A DNA stretch of 64,000 nucleotides, from NCBI GenBank assembly GCA_041750285.1, contig JBGSZS010000002.1, positions 1-64,000 on the forward strand. Reading direction: 5' to 3'. Positions 50,681 through 61,404 of this stretch are shown here, in pieces. Origin of the DNA: Candidatus Fermentibacteraceae bacterium (GTDB lineage: Bacteria; Fermentibacterota; Fermentibacteria; Fermentibacterales; JCC-6). Made by a program: the position numbers and the translations under genes. Below the pieces are notes generated by a model that saw only the letters and a program-made list of their open reading frames with translations, made no database searches and was not told where the DNA came from. The first letter of the stretch is position 1; each line of letters begins with the position of its first letter.

Positions 50681-53299
50681 ATGAACCAGGAAAGGTTTAC
50701 CATAAAGACAAGGGAGGCAGTGAACAGCGCTGTCGCCCGCGCATCTTCTTCCGGCAACCCCGAAGTTTCAGCCCTTCATCTTCTGCAGGCGCTGATCGAG
50801 CCGGGGGACGGAATCGTTTCCGGAATCCTCGGGCGGATGGAAGTTTCGGTCGAAGAACTCAGGCAAAGGGTTGAAGAAGCCCTGGCGAGGCTTCCAAGGG
50901 CTACGGGAGGAGCTGCGCCCCAGGCTTCCCGGGGTTTTCACAGGGCCCTTCAGGAGGCTGAAAAAGCCGCTTCCAGAATGAAGGACGATTTCGTTGCGAG
51001 CGAGCATCTCCTCATGGGAATACTGGCCTCGGGAGGCGAAACGGCGGCCCTGCTGACAGGTGCAGGTGTCACCGAGCCTGCTTTCCTTGAGGCGCTGAGG
51101 CATGTCAGGGGCTCATCCAGGGTCGCAAGCGAAAGCGCAGACGAGAGTTACGAGGCCCTGAACAAGTACTGCAGGGATCTGACGGCACTTGCCAGGCAGG
51201 AGAAGCTCGACCCAGTCATAGGCCGTGACGACGAGATCAGAAGGACGATGCAGGTGCTCTGCCGCAGGCGCAAGAACAATCCTGTCCTCATCGGCGAGCC
51301 GGGCGTGGGAAAGACGGCCATCGCCGAGGGACTCGCCGGGCGCATAGCCAGGGGCGACGTCCCCGAGAACCTGAAGAACCGCAGGCTCCTCATGCTCGAC
51401 CTGAGTTCACTGGTCGCGGGCGCGAAGTTCAGGGGCGAGTTCGAGGAGCGACTGAAGGCTGTTCTACAGGAGATCGCAGCCTCGGACGGCAGCGTCATCC
51501 TCTTCATTGACGAACTGCACACCCTGGTTGGCGCCGGGGCCGCCGAGGGCGCCATGGACGCGGCCAACATGCTCAAACCGGCTCTCTCACGCGGCGAGCT
51601 TCACTGCATTGGCGCAACCACCCTCGATGAGTACAGGAAGCATATCGAGAAGGACGCCGCCCTCGAGAGGAGGTTTCAACCCATACTCATCGAAGCCCCC
51701 TCGGTCGATGACACCATTAGCATTCTCAGGGGCATCCGCGAGAAGTACGAGGTCCACCACGGCATAAGGATACTCGACTCGGCGATAATCGCGGCGGCAC
51801 GCCTCAGCGACAGATACATCACTGACCGCTTCCTGCCGGACAAGGCCATCGACCTTGTCGACGAGGCCGCAAGCAGGATACGCATCGAGATAGACAGCAT
51901 GCCCGCGGCGATAGACGAGATAAGGCGGCGCATGACCCAGCTGGAGATAGAGAGGGAGGGTCTGCGGCGCGAGGACGACAAATCGGCGAGGGAGAAGGCC
52001 CGGCTTGTTGAAAGACAGCTCGTAGAGCTGAAGGAGGAGCGAGGGGCGCTCGAGTCCCGCTGGATGACCGAAAAGGAACTCATCGAGAAAGTGAGGGAGC
52101 TCAAGCGGGGCCAGGAGGAACTGAGGGCGCAGGAGAAGAAGGCTGAAAGGGAGGGCGACCTGCACAGGGTGGCCGAGATCCGCTACGGGGCACTGAGGGA
52201 ATGCGAATCCTCCCTTGAGCAGGCACGGGAGAAGCTGCAGAAAGCCCAGGAAAAGGGTTCGATGCTCACCGAGGAGGTGACTCCCGAGCACATCGCGCAG
52301 GTGGTTTCCCGATGGACCGGGATTCCGGTCGCCCGGCTGCTTCAGGGCGAAAGGGAGAGGCTGCTCACAATGGAGGAGAGCCTCGGGAAGCGCGTTGTGG
52401 GTCAGAAACATGCCGTCGAATCGGTCAGTCAGGCAATACGGAGGTCGAGGGCGGGAGTGCAGGACCCGAACCGGCCGCTCGGTAGCTTCATTTTCATGGG
52501 CCCCACGGGCGTGGGCAAGACCGAACTCGCAAGGACCCTCGCCGACTTCCTCTTCGACAGCCCCGACGCCATGGTCCGGCTGGACATGAGCGAATTCATG
52601 GAGAAACATTCGGTCTCCAGGCTCATCGGAGCGCCTCCGGGGTATGTTGGCTACGAAGAGGGGGGACACCTCACCGAGGCCGTACGCAGAAGGCCGTACT
52701 CGGTCATCCTTTTCGACGAGATCGAGAAGGCCCACCCCGAAGTCTTCAACATCTTCCTCCAGATACTCGACGAAGGCCGGCTCACTGACGGGCAGGGGCG
52801 TACCGTCGACTTCCGGAACTCCGTGCTGATAATGACTTCCAACCTGGGGAGCGACTGGATAGGTACCCTGGGCAGGGACCTTCCCCGTGCGGAGGTTCTG
52901 AGGAGGGCCATGACGGAGCTCGAAAGCCGGTTCCGTCCCGAGTTCATCAACAGACTGGACGAGGTGATCGTGTTCAACAGCCTGACCAGGGAAGAGATAC
53001 GCCGGATAGTCGAGATCCAGTTCGCCAGCCTGAACCGGGTGCTTTCCTCGCAGGACATCGCGATAGTCCCCTCCAGGGAAGCGCTGGAACTTCTGGCAGA
53101 GCTGGGCTGGGACCCCTCATACGGCGCAAGACCCCTCAAACGAGTGATCCAGAGGGAGGTACAGAACAGGGTCGCCGAAGCCATCCTGAGGGGTGACATC
53201 TGCCCGGGTCAGCGAGTGGAGCTCGTGGCAGCGGGATCCGTTCTCGAATTCGTCACCGAGGGCGCGTGCAGGGAAGCGGATTCCCCGGACGAGTCCTGA
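50681..53299 (+). CDS. clpB: ATP-dependent chaperone ClpB
   Basis: Two AAA+ modules (GEPGVGKT, GPTGVGKT), coiled-coil M domain, GAPPGYVGYEEGG. Confidence 0.97.
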   Translation: MNQERFTIKTREAVNSAVARASSSGNPEVSALHLLQALIEPGDGIVSGILGRMEVSVEELRQRVEEALARLPRATGGAAPQASRGFHRALQEAEKAASRMKDDFVASEHLLMGILASGGETAALLTGAGVTEPAFLEALRHVRGSSRVASESADESYEALNKYCRDLTALARQEKLDPVIGRDDEIRRTMQVLCRRRKNNPVLIGEPGVGKTAIAEGLAGRIARGDVPENLKNRRLLMLDLSSLVAGAKFRGEFEERLKAVLQEIAASDGSVILFIDELHTLVGAGAAEGAMDAANMLKPALSRGELHCIGATTLDEYRKHIEKDAALERRFQPILIEAPSVDDTISILRGIREKYEVHHGIRILDSAIIAAARLSDRYITDRFLPDKAIDLVDEAASRIRIEIDSMPAAIDEIRRRMTQLEIEREGLRREDDKSAREKARLVERQLVELKEERGALESRWMTEKELIEKVRELKRGQEELRAQEKKAEREGDLHRVAEIRYGALRECESSLEQAREKLQKAQEKGSMLTEEVTPEHIAQVVSRWTGIPVARLLQGERERLLTMEESLGKRVVGQKHAVESVSQAIRRSRAGVQDPNRPLGSFIFMGPTGVGKTELARTLADFLFDSPDAMVRLDMSEFMEKHSVSRLIGAPPGYVGYEEGGHLTEAVRRRPYSVILFDEIEKAHPEVFNIFLQILDEGRLTDGQGRTVDFRNSVLIMTSNLGSDWIGTLGRDLPRAEVLRRAMTELESRFRPEFINRLDEVIVFNSLTREEIRRIVEIQFASLNRVLSSQDIAIVPSREALELLAELGWDPSYGARPLKRVIQREVQNRVAEAILRGDICPGQRVELVAAGSVLEFVTEGACREADSPDES

Positions 53300-53467
53300 A
53301 CGATGAGTACGGTTCGCACACCCATCCTCCCCTGAGGAACATTCGGCGAAAACACCGGTATCTTTCAATCCCGGGCGGGTCCCGGGGAATGGCTTGCGGA
53401 ACTCCGTCACGTTGCGGGACTTCGCTGGAATACCGCATATTACGCCACCGTACCGAAAGGGGATACC

Positions 53468-54919
53468 TTGAAAGTCGCGCTCGTCGTCCCCCCCTGGGGA
53501 CCCGATGACATAAGGGCGAAGGACACCCGCGGGATCGCCGGCTGCTGGCCCACCCCGGGCATGCAGTACATCGCGGGCGAGCTTCGCCGGCGCGGCCACC
53601 GGGTCATCTATCTCGAGGGTTTTTTCCATTCCAACGAAGAGATGCGCAAACGGGTCGCGGCATTCGGGGCCCAGGCTCTGGGCGTTTACGTCATCAGCCT
53701 TCTCTGGCACAAGGCCGAACCATTCATCAGGGGCGCCCGGGCTGACAATCCGGGTCTTTTCACCTTCATCGGCGGGCACGGGGCCACGGCCATGCCCGAA
53801 CACATGCTTTCCGAGTGTCCGGAACTCGACGCCGTGGTCACCGGAGAAGGGGAACAGACGAGTGGCGAGATGATCGACACGATCGAGAGGGGCGGAGACC
53901 TCTCCGGTGTCAGGGGGCTTTACATGCGTGACGCTTCCGGGGCGGCTGTCTTCACCGGTGAGCGCCCGCTGGTTTCCAACCTCGACGAACTGGCCTTCCC
54001 TGCCGTCGACCTTTGCGAGATGGAGCGGTACTTCCCCAGTTTCGAGCAGGTTTCCACCGTTCCGGTGATGCAGATACTCGCAAGCAGGGGCTGCAACGGG
54101 ACCTGTCTTTACTGCTACAAAATGTACGGCAGGCACATTCGTCTTCGATCCCCCGCCCGTGTGGTTGACGAGATAGAGCACTACGTAAGGTACTACGGAG
54201 CACGCGAGATCAAGTTCTGGGACGAGCACTTCACATACAGCCACAGGCATACCTACGAATTCTGCGAAGAGATGATCAGACGGGGCGTGAATGTCCGCTG
54301 GTGGTGCTCGTGCAGGGCTGACGCGGTCGACAGGAGGATACTCAGGGCCATGAAGGCCGCCGGCTGCTGGTGCATCAACTTCGGTGTCGAGAGCGGGGTA
54401 CAGAAGAACCTCGACACACTGATGAAGCACGAGACCCTTGAACGCATCAGGCTGGCCGTAAGGCTCGCCCACAGCGTGGGGATCAAGACCCATACGACAT
54501 ACATTTTCGGCATCCCGGGCGAAACCTTCGAAGAAGGGCTTGAGACCATCAGGTTCGCCAAGAGCCTGGGGAGTTTCACCGTCGAGTTCTTCCCCATCAC
54601 GCCGTTCCCCGGCACCCCGATGTTCAAGGGAATCCAGCAGGGCAGGTTCGGTACCATGAGCGAGAAGCTCAATGACCAGGGGATGCTCCTCGACAGGCCC
54701 TGCTTCGTCCCGTTCACCATGAACGGCGACCAGATCATGGAACTGCGCAGGCTGGCATACATCCGTTACTTCTTCAGGCCGTCGTTCCTTTACTACAGGC
54801 TCACGAACATCACCAGCGCCTTCCAGCTAAGGGCTGTCTGGCACGGCGCGAAGAGCCTTCTGATGATGCTGGGTGAGCAGCTCGGCCTGGTCCGCGGGAA
54901 AAGGAAGGTCCATCCCTGA
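53468..54919 (+). CDS. B12-binding domain radical SAM enzyme
   Basis: GGHGAT, GEGE, SRGCNGTCLYC, GVESG, GIPGET. Confidence 0.9.
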   Translation: MKVALVVPPWGPDDIRAKDTRGIAGCWPTPGMQYIAGELRRRGHRVIYLEGFFHSNEEMRKRVAAFGAQALGVYVISLLWHKAEPFIRGARADNPGLFTFIGGHGATAMPEHMLSECPELDAVVTGEGEQTSGEMIDTIERGGDLSGVRGLYMRDASGAAVFTGERPLVSNLDELAFPAVDLCEMERYFPSFEQVSTVPVMQILASRGCNGTCLYCYKMYGRHIRLRSPARVVDEIEHYVRYYGAREIKFWDEHFTYSHRHTYEFCEEMIRRGVNVRWWCSCRADAVDRRILRAMKAAGCWCINFGVESGVQKNLDTLMKHETLERIRLAVRLAHSVGIKTHTTYIFGIPGETFEEGLETIRFAKSLGSFTVEFFPITPFPGTPMFKGIQQGRFGTMSEKLNDQGMLLDRPCFVPFTMNGDQIMELRRLAYIRYFFRPSFLYYRLTNITSAFQLRAVWHGAKSLLMMLGEQLGLVRGKRKVHP

Positions 54920-55908
54920 CCCTTACTGTCGTCATCCCGGTACACAACAGCTCTGAGACACTTGGCCTTGTGATTCCATCCGTGCAGCGCGAACTGGGCC
55001 CCGAAGACAGGGTCCTGGCTGTCGACGACAGGTCTTCCGACGATTCCGCGGGCGTTCTCGACGGGCTGGGAGTTCCCGTTGCGGAATCGACCGGGAAACC
55101 CGGCGCGGCCGGGACCAGGAACACCGGAGGCATGGCCGCCTCCACGGACTGGATCCTGTTCCTCGATTCCGACGCGGTACCGGAGCCCGGCTGGAGGGCC
55201 GTTCTGGAAGAGGCGACGGGGAAGGCCGACGCCGTCCAGGCCGTGTACGGGCCCGAAGCTCCGGGGAAGGGCACGGCCACGTTCTACAAGAACTACTACT
55301 ACCACCACACTTTCACAAGAAGGATCCGCGGTCCCTACATAAAGGGATGCGGGACTTTTTTCTTCGCAGTGCGGACCCGTGTTTTCAGGGAACTCGGCGG
55401 GTTCGACGAGAACATTGCCGGGGCCACGATAGAAGATGCAGACTTTTCAGAGAGGCTGTGGGCCGGCGGCGGCAGGATACTCATCGCTCCCGGGATACGG
55501 GTCTTTCACCTGAGGGAGTACTCAATGGGCGAGTTCTTCCGGTACGAATGGAACATGATGCGGGCCAAGGCTCTGTACATTCTCAGGCGAAGCCCTGAAA
55601 GGGGCGCTCCCTCGATAAGCGTGGCCGGTTTCTCCGAGATGTTCCCCGTTCTGGGCGGGGCCTTTCTCTCGTGGTTTGCCGTATTCGCCGCGATTCTATG
55701 GGCGGCTGGCGTGAGCCTGGCCGCGTGGTGCCTTCTTTTCGGGGTGGCGCTTGGCGCGGCCCTGCAGCTTCCCCTTTGCTTTCACATGACCAGGGAAGGC
55801 GGTTTCAGGGGTCTGCGGGCATGCCTCCTCATCGTTCCCGACCTCCTTCTCATCGTTCCCGCTTCACTTTCGGCGGTGTTTTCAGCCATCAGGGGAAGAC
55901 GGTACTGA
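54916..55908 (+). CDS. GT2 glycosyltransferase with C-terminal TM segments (probable CTG start)
   Basis: In-frame LTVVIPVHN upstream of the called start; VDDRSSD, FLDSD, GGFDE, ED. Confidence 0.85.
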   Translation: MTLTVVIPVHNSSETLGLVIPSVQRELGPEDRVLAVDDRSSDDSAGVLDGLGVPVAESTGKPGAAGTRNTGGMAASTDWILFLDSDAVPEPGWRAVLEEATGKADAVQAVYGPEAPGKGTATFYKNYYYHHTFTRRIRGPYIKGCGTFFFAVRTRVFRELGGFDENIAGATIEDADFSERLWAGGGRILIAPGIRVFHLREYSMGEFFRYEWNMMRAKALYILRRSPERGAPSISVAGFSEMFPVLGGAFLSWFAVFAAILWAAGVSLAAWCLLFGVALGAALQLPLCFHMTREGGFRGLRACLLIVPDLLLIVPASLSAVFSAIRGRRY

Positions 55909-55909
55909 G

Positions 55910-57670
55910 ATGAAGCCGAAATGCCTTGTCGCGGGCATCATCCTGCTGGTGGTCTTCGCGGTGTACGCCCTGGGGGGCGGCCGCCTTCAGGGTCCGGCGG
56001 ACAAGGCGGTTCAGCTCGTCCTGCTGGTTCCCGCCGCCCTGCTTTTCGCCATGGCCCTCAGGGGATGGAACGCCCCTTCACATTTGCTGAGAGACTTCCT
56101 GATGCACGGAAGCGAGGCCCGCTTCGTGCTTCTTTTGCCCCTGCTTGCGGCAGGCATCACTGCCTGGATCGCCTACGGCCCGCTCGAAGGCATTCCCAAG
56201 GGCGGTGACGAGGCGGCCTACCTGTTTCAGAGCCGGATCTACGCACGCGGCCAGGCGTGGGCGCCCGAACCCGCGGTTTCCTCCCCCCGCGACCTCTTTC
56301 CATTCAGGCACTTCATCTTTGACAGGGGCCGGTGGTTCGTGATGTACACACCCATTCACGCCCTTCTCATGGCCCCTTTCACCCGGACCGGGCTGAACGC
56401 CCTCATGGGGCCGCTTCAGGGCGCCCTCTCCCTGGCCGGGGCCTACCTGCTCTTCCGAAGGCTTGCCGGACGGGCCACGGCAAGGCTGGGCGTTCTTGTC
56501 ATGGCCGTGTCTCCTTTTTTCCTGTTCATGGCCTCGACGCACATGGCGCACAACTCCGAGCTGCTTTTCGTGACATGGGCCCTGTACTTCCTTGTAAGGG
56601 CTTTTCAGACCTCCGGCAGGACAATGTACGCGGTTGCCGGTTTCCTCCTGGGCATGGCACTCTGCGCCAAACCCTACACCCTCCTTCCCTGGGCGCTTTC
56701 CATCGGGCTGGTCCTTTTCGCCAGGCTGAAGGCGGGAGCCCTGAAGGCGCTTCTCTTCATTTCCCTGGGCGCTTTGCTTCCAGTGGCGTTCTTCCTCTGG
56801 TCCAACGCCCTTTACACCGGCGACCCCATGTCACCTGCGTACAACCTGGCCCGCGGAGGCAGCCTGGTGGGGTTCGGACCCGGCAGGGCATGGTTCCCCG
56901 AGTACGGCGATCACGCACACACCCCGCTCCGGGGGCTTCTGAACATCGCGAAGCAGGCGGGGGCGGGGAGCACGATACTCCTGGGGTGGCCATTCCTCTC
57001 ACTGGTCCCTCCGCTTCTGGTGCTTCTGAACAGGGCTCTGGCAGGGAAGTGGAAGACGCTCTTCCTGCCGATACTGGCGGTTGTCCCGTTCATGTTCATC
57101 CACTACGCCGCAGCAATCGACTACGGTCCACGGCACTACTACACGACTCTCCCAGCCTTCGCGCTTCTTTGCGCCCTGGGCATGAGGGAGGCGGTGCGGC
57201 GGTGGGGGAACACGGCGGTGCTCTTCATCGGCACCCTCTTCATCCTGACCACGTTCATGGTATACATTCCCGACGGGATCGCCCTTCGAAGCGGGCCGTG
57301 GCAGACCATTGACGGGATTCCCGCCGGTCTGGCGACGGCGAACGCGACCCCCCCCGCAGTCGTGTTCATGGAGGCTGGTGAGCACGGCTACCCCAGCATC
57401 ATGAGCGGGCTTCTGGCGACCGACCCCTTCCTCGAAGGCGACATGGTCTTCTGTGCCCACCAGACCCCCGGGGAGGACATGGCAGCCATGGAAACGGTCT
57501 TCCCCGGAAGAAACCCGTACCTGTTCCACATGGAGGGCGACCGGGGCGTTATCGAACCCTGGACCCCTGAAAGGGCAGCGGCCCTGACGCCCGAACGGGA
57601 GCTGCGCCCGTCCTGGGCGCCTTCGAACGTTCAGATTCAGCGGGCTGAACCGCCCTGCCCATCGCCCTGA
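55910..57670 (+). CDS. GT-C fold (ArnT/PMT-like) membrane glycosyltransferase
   Basis: GDEAAY after the first TM segments, many TM segments, GPRHY. Confidence 0.7.
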   Translation: MKPKCLVAGIILLVVFAVYALGGGRLQGPADKAVQLVLLVPAALLFAMALRGWNAPSHLLRDFLMHGSEARFVLLLPLLAAGITAWIAYGPLEGIPKGGDEAAYLFQSRIYARGQAWAPEPAVSSPRDLFPFRHFIFDRGRWFVMYTPIHALLMAPFTRTGLNALMGPLQGALSLAGAYLLFRRLAGRATARLGVLVMAVSPFFLFMASTHMAHNSELLFVTWALYFLVRAFQTSGRTMYAVAGFLLGMALCAKPYTLLPWALSIGLVLFARLKAGALKALLFISLGALLPVAFFLWSNALYTGDPMSPAYNLARGGSLVGFGPGRAWFPEYGDHAHTPLRGLLNIAKQAGAGSTILLGWPFLSLVPPLLVLLNRALAGKWKTLFLPILAVVPFMFIHYAAAIDYGPRHYYTTLPAFALLCALGMREAVRRWGNTAVLFIGTLFILTTFMVYIPDGIALRSGPWQTIDGIPAGLATANATPPAVVFMEAGEHGYPSIMSGLLATDPFLEGDMVFCAHQTPGEDMAAMETVFPGRNPYLFHMEGDRGVIEPWTPERAAALTPERELRPSWAPSNVQIQRAEPPCPSP

Positions 57671-57856
57671 CCCGGAGCTGTTCCATCCCGTCTTAATCGC
57701 CCTGCGTCAACGCGCACCTCTGCGCGGGTAGTCGGTTCCGTTCAGGGTGAGACTTTCCCGCGCCATGCCCGCACGGCACAAAGGGTTTGCCTGTGGAAGG
57801 ACTAACCCTCTTTGATGGCTTGGGCGGGAATCATGTTCGTTCGGACCCCTGAAGCC

Positions 57857-58510
57857 TTACAGTGCCGGTACTGCTGCCTGAAGCTCCGACAACAGCAGTG
57901 CCGCCTCTCCGGGCAGCCCTGTGAGAAGTTCGGCTGTGCTTGACAGCTCAGCCAGTATCATCGGGAGATGCACTGCGTTTACACCCGCGAAGTCATCCGG
58001 TGCCGAGGCTGCCAGGTTCGCACTGGCTGCCGCAAGCTCCGTGACGGTTTCGGGCAGAGCCGTGAGACCATCTATCGACGCGGGAATGAAGAGCTTCAGG
58101 GTTGAGAAGGTTTCGAACTGCTCGCTGTCCTCGATGCTGTTAAGGAACTCCTCATCACCGAGAGCTTTTGCCAGCATTTCGGTGTCGGTGATGGTCTGCA
58201 GCATCTGTACCGTCCGGTGTGCAAGCTGGATAGTCCCGCGCATGCGGCTCGCCTCATAGAAGAATTCGTCATACTCACGCATGTCAGTTTGAAGATAGGT
58301 CAAGGAATCAAGCTCGAATGGGTTCGGATCGTCAAGGGATCTGAATGCGTTGTGAACCTGAGAAGGAAGAAGCGTTACATGGATGGCTTCATTGGGCAGC
58401 TCAATCTCGCCGGGATCCGGTATCTCCGGCAGCCCGAATCCGTCGGATGTACTCACGAAGGCTGCAATTGCAGCCAGAAGGAACAGAAATGCACACTGGT
58501 TTCCAGACAC
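57857..58510 (-). CDS. Hypothetical secreted acidic protein
   Basis: Signal-like AFLFLLAAIAAF; GTG start after GGGGTGG; start uncertain. Confidence 0.55.
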   Translation of the reverse strand: MSGNQCAFLFLLAAIAAFVSTSDGFGLPEIPDPGEIELPNEAIHVTLLPSQVHNAFRSLDDPNPFELDSLTYLQTDMREYDEFFYEASRMRGTIQLAHRTVQMLQTITDTEMLAKALGDEEFLNSIEDSEQFETFSTLKLFIPASIDGLTALPETVTELAAASANLAASAPDDFAGVNAVHLPMILAELSSTAELLTGLPGEAALLLSELQAAVPAL

Positions 58511-58733
58511 GGCACCACCCCTTTTCCCCTTGGTCGAACGACAGAGTAAAACTATTAATGCTTCGGTCACTTCCGTCAACGCGGTGAATCAGCTTCATCT
58601 TCGGGTTTATTCAGTGCAGCCTCAGCCAGTGCTTCGGCATTGAAGGAGGATCCAGGGTCATGCCGGGACGCTGGTGGCCGGCAGGTGTATCAGGGCGGTT
58701 GACCGGTCTCCCGCCCTTGCATGCACTCATCCT

Positions 58734-59456
58734 CTACGCTTTCACCCCGACGGCAAGCACAGCCGACGCCCCCGCGAAACCGACCCGTTTCAGCCTTTCG
58801 CGGAGCATGGCGCCACGGGCGATGAGCTCCGGATGCCCTTCCGCCCTGGCCATGCAGCTCTGGATCGTCTTTTCGAGGTAGGCGGCGTTTTCCGGGTCCC
58901 TGGGGTCGGTCTCCATGTCGGTCTGAACGGCTGAGAGCACGCCGGCCAGCCCGAGTTCCACCGGGATGGCCTCGATCTCGCCGCGCGTCAGGGTGACGTT
59001 GTGGACAGTGCCGGAAAGCCTGTCCACGTCGCCCCACCAGTGGTGCAGCATGACATGGGTCTGCTGGGGTTCGGTCTGCCCGCCGTCACGGAACATCTCT
59101 CTCAGGATGAAGAGCCCTCCGGGTCTCAGGACCCTGATCATCTCCCGGAGGATGGCCTGGGGATCCCGGAAATGGTGGATCGAGTTGGCGACCGCAACGG
59201 CGTTGAAGGTTCCTTCCGGGAAGCAGAGCCGTTCCCCCGAGGCCAGAACCGGGAAGACGGGGTCATCCCTGAAGGCGCCGGCAACTGCGCGCAACGCGTT
59301 CGGTGATGTGTCTACTGCCGTGACGGTGCTTTTCGGTGCGGCGTGGTGGCGCAGAAACCCTATGAAGCTTCCGTTTCCCGTGGCCACGTCAAGAATGCGT
59401 CCGCCGAGCCTTTGCTCCAGGAACGCCCCGATCATCTCTTCGGTTCCGATAATCAA
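58734..59456 (-). CDS. Class I SAM-dependent methyltransferase
   Basis: ILDVATGNG, IHHFRDP, RVLRPGG. Confidence 0.85.
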   Translation of the reverse strand: MIIGTEEMIGAFLEQRLGGRILDVATGNGSFIGFLRHHAAPKSTVTAVDTSPNALRAVAGAFRDDPVFPVLASGERLCFPEGTFNAVAVANSIHHFRDPQAILREMIRVLRPGGLFILREMFRDGGQTEPQQTHVMLHHWWGDVDRLSGTVHNVTLTRGEIEAIPVELGLAGVLSAVQTDMETDPRDPENAAYLEKTIQSCMARAEGHPELIARGAMLRERLKRVGFAGASAVLAVGVKA

Positions 59457-59539
59457 CCTCCCCGGTGTATTGCGCAGCTTCCGGCCATTTCGTAGTGTTT
59501 GCCGTCCAGTGTTTCCAAATGAATGAGAAGAGCTAGGAA

Positions 59540-60250
59540 ATGAACTTTACCTGTTTCATGCCCGCGTACAATACGGGCAGATTCATCGAGGGTGTTATAA
59601 GGAACATCCCGCCCGGGGCGTGGGACTCCATTGACACTCTTCTGGTGGTCGACGACGGCTCCACCGACGACACCGCCGAGATCGCAACCGGCCTGACCGC
59701 CCATTTCCCCAAGATCCAGTTGATCCGGCACGACAGGAACCGCGGCTACGGCGCCGCCCAGAAGACGGCCTTCGACTGGGCCGTTTCGCGGCGGGCAAGT
59801 GGCGTGGTCATGCTCCACTCCGACGGGCAGTACCCCCCCGACTTCCTCCTGAAAATGATCGCCCCCCTCAGGGAGGGCGCCGACGTCGTGGGGGGAAGCC
59901 GAACCATGTACGGAGACATGAGGAAGGGCGGGATGAGCCAGGCCAGGTACTGGGGCACCGTTGGCCTGAACGGTCTTGAGAACCTCGTGTTCCGCGCGAA
60001 ACTGACGAGCTACCACAGCGGCTACAAGGCGTACAGCCTCGGGGCCCTCGAGCGCATCCCTTACCGCGGATACTCCGACACGTTCAACTTCGATTCGGAG
60101 ATGCTCGTCGGCGCCATCAGACAGAAGCTGACCGTCGTCGAGGTGCCCATCCCCACCCTGCACGGCCAGGGCTACTCCAGCCTTAAACCCATCCCCTACG
60201 GCCTGAGCGTCCTGCACACGATCTGGAAGTTCCTTGTAAAGAAGATCTAG
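59540..60250 (+). CDS. GT2 glycosyltransferase (polyprenol-phosphate glycosyltransferase-like)
   Basis: MPAYN, VDDGSTD, NRGYGAA, SDGQY, VGGSR. Confidence 0.88.
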   Translation: MNFTCFMPAYNTGRFIEGVIRNIPPGAWDSIDTLLVVDDGSTDDTAEIATGLTAHFPKIQLIRHDRNRGYGAAQKTAFDWAVSRRASGVVMLHSDGQYPPDFLLKMIAPLREGADVVGGSRTMYGDMRKGGMSQARYWGTVGLNGLENLVFRAKLTSYHSGYKAYSLGALERIPYRGYSDTFNFDSEMLVGAIRQKLTVVEVPIPTLHGQGYSSLKPIPYGLSVLHTIWKFLVKKI

Positions 60251-60322
60251 GGGACGGACTTAGTTTTTTTAGTTTGTTGCCGTAAGACATTGGTCTGCAA
60301 TAAATAAGCAACAAAGCTACAC

Positions 60323-61330
60323 TCAGTATCTCTTTCCGAAAACGAACTCAATCGTTCCCCGCGCCAGCCCCAGACCGAGAATGGTCATGTCCAGAACGCA
60401 CATGAAGGCGAACCCGGGAATGACACCCCGGGGGAAGTGCCTTCGTGCGGCTGCGAAGAAACCGGCGTGACAGAGAAGCGCGGGAATGAGCAACCCCGGA
60501 AAAAGAAGCAGCCCGACAGGTCCTGTGATGAAGGCTGAGAGCAGCGCACACCAGGCAAGCATCGTGAGAATTATCGAGAGAACGACCCATCTGCTGTGAT
60601 GGGTTCCTGTTTCGTGTACGTTCATGTAACGGGCGAGAAGCCTGTGTTTTACCTGCCGCCAACCGGACTTTGCCTGTGCTGCGGCCATTCGAAGGCGCCT
60701 TGCGGCGAAGGATGCATGGTCGTACCGGGCCAGGTGTGTCACCTGGAGGGATGTGTCAAGGTAGATGACCCCTCCCGAGTCGGCTACCGCGTACCCGAAC
60801 TCCTCGTCCTCAACGGTGGGTTCGGGGATACACTCGTTGAACCCACCCAGTTCAAGGAACACGGGGAGCCTCACCGCGGCGCACCAGGTTGCGAAGATTG
60901 CCACCTTGCCGCTTTTCAGCCTTCCAAGGGAATGATGGTAGTAGAAGTTCTGATACTGAGTGACAAGACCGGCGCCCGCACAACCCGGTGTGTAGATGGT
61001 TTGCACCGCTGCAACGGACGCGTCGTTGAAGTGGCGGCTCATGGTTTCAACGAGGTTTTCCGGAATGATCACATCGGCGTCGAGAAAAAGCACGACGTCA
61101 CCCCGGGCGTTTCCCGCCCCCAAGTTCCTTGCGGCTGCCGGCCCCGCATTTTCGGAAAGGCACAGGACTTTTGCCCCCACAGACCTTGCAAGCGCGGGGG
61201 TGTCGTCTGAGGAGCAATCGTCCACCACGATCGTTTCCAGGGGAGCCACCGTCTGCATGGCAATCGCGTTAAGGCATTCCGCAATTGTGCGACCGGCGTT
61301 CCATGCCGGTATGATCACCGAGATGCTCAA
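60323..61330 (-). CDS. GT2 glycosyltransferase with C-terminal TM segments
   Basis: SVIIPAWN, VDDCSSD, FLDAD, GGFNE, VED. Confidence 0.88.
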   Translation of the reverse strand: MSISVIIPAWNAGRTIAECLNAIAMQTVAPLETIVVDDCSSDDTPALARSVGAKVLCLSENAGPAAARNLGAGNARGDVVLFLDADVIIPENLVETMSRHFNDASVAAVQTIYTPGCAGAGLVTQYQNFYYHHSLGRLKSGKVAIFATWCAAVRLPVFLELGGFNECIPEPTVEDEEFGYAVADSGGVIYLDTSLQVTHLARYDHASFAARRLRMAAAQAKSGWRQVKHRLLARYMNVHETGTHHSRWVVLSIILTMLAWCALLSAFITGPVGLLLFPGLLIPALLCHAGFFAAARRHFPRGVIPGFAFMCVLDMTILGLGLARGTIEFVFGKRY

Positions 61331-61404
61331 TCGGAGGGTCCCTTCCCTTTCGGGGTTTTCCTAAGGTCGGTATTATATTCCGATTCCGCGTGAAAGGGCT
61401 GAGA

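Noticed and set aside
53300..53467. Cobalamin riboswitch upstream of the B12-rSAM gene
   Set aside because: No convincing B12-box or conserved core recognised; an Rfam scan would settle it
51587..54493. Long antisense ORFs (382 and 458 aa) opposite clpB and the rSAM gene
   Set aside because: Shadow ORFs typical of GC-rich coding DNA; the same applies to many other overlapping calls in the track
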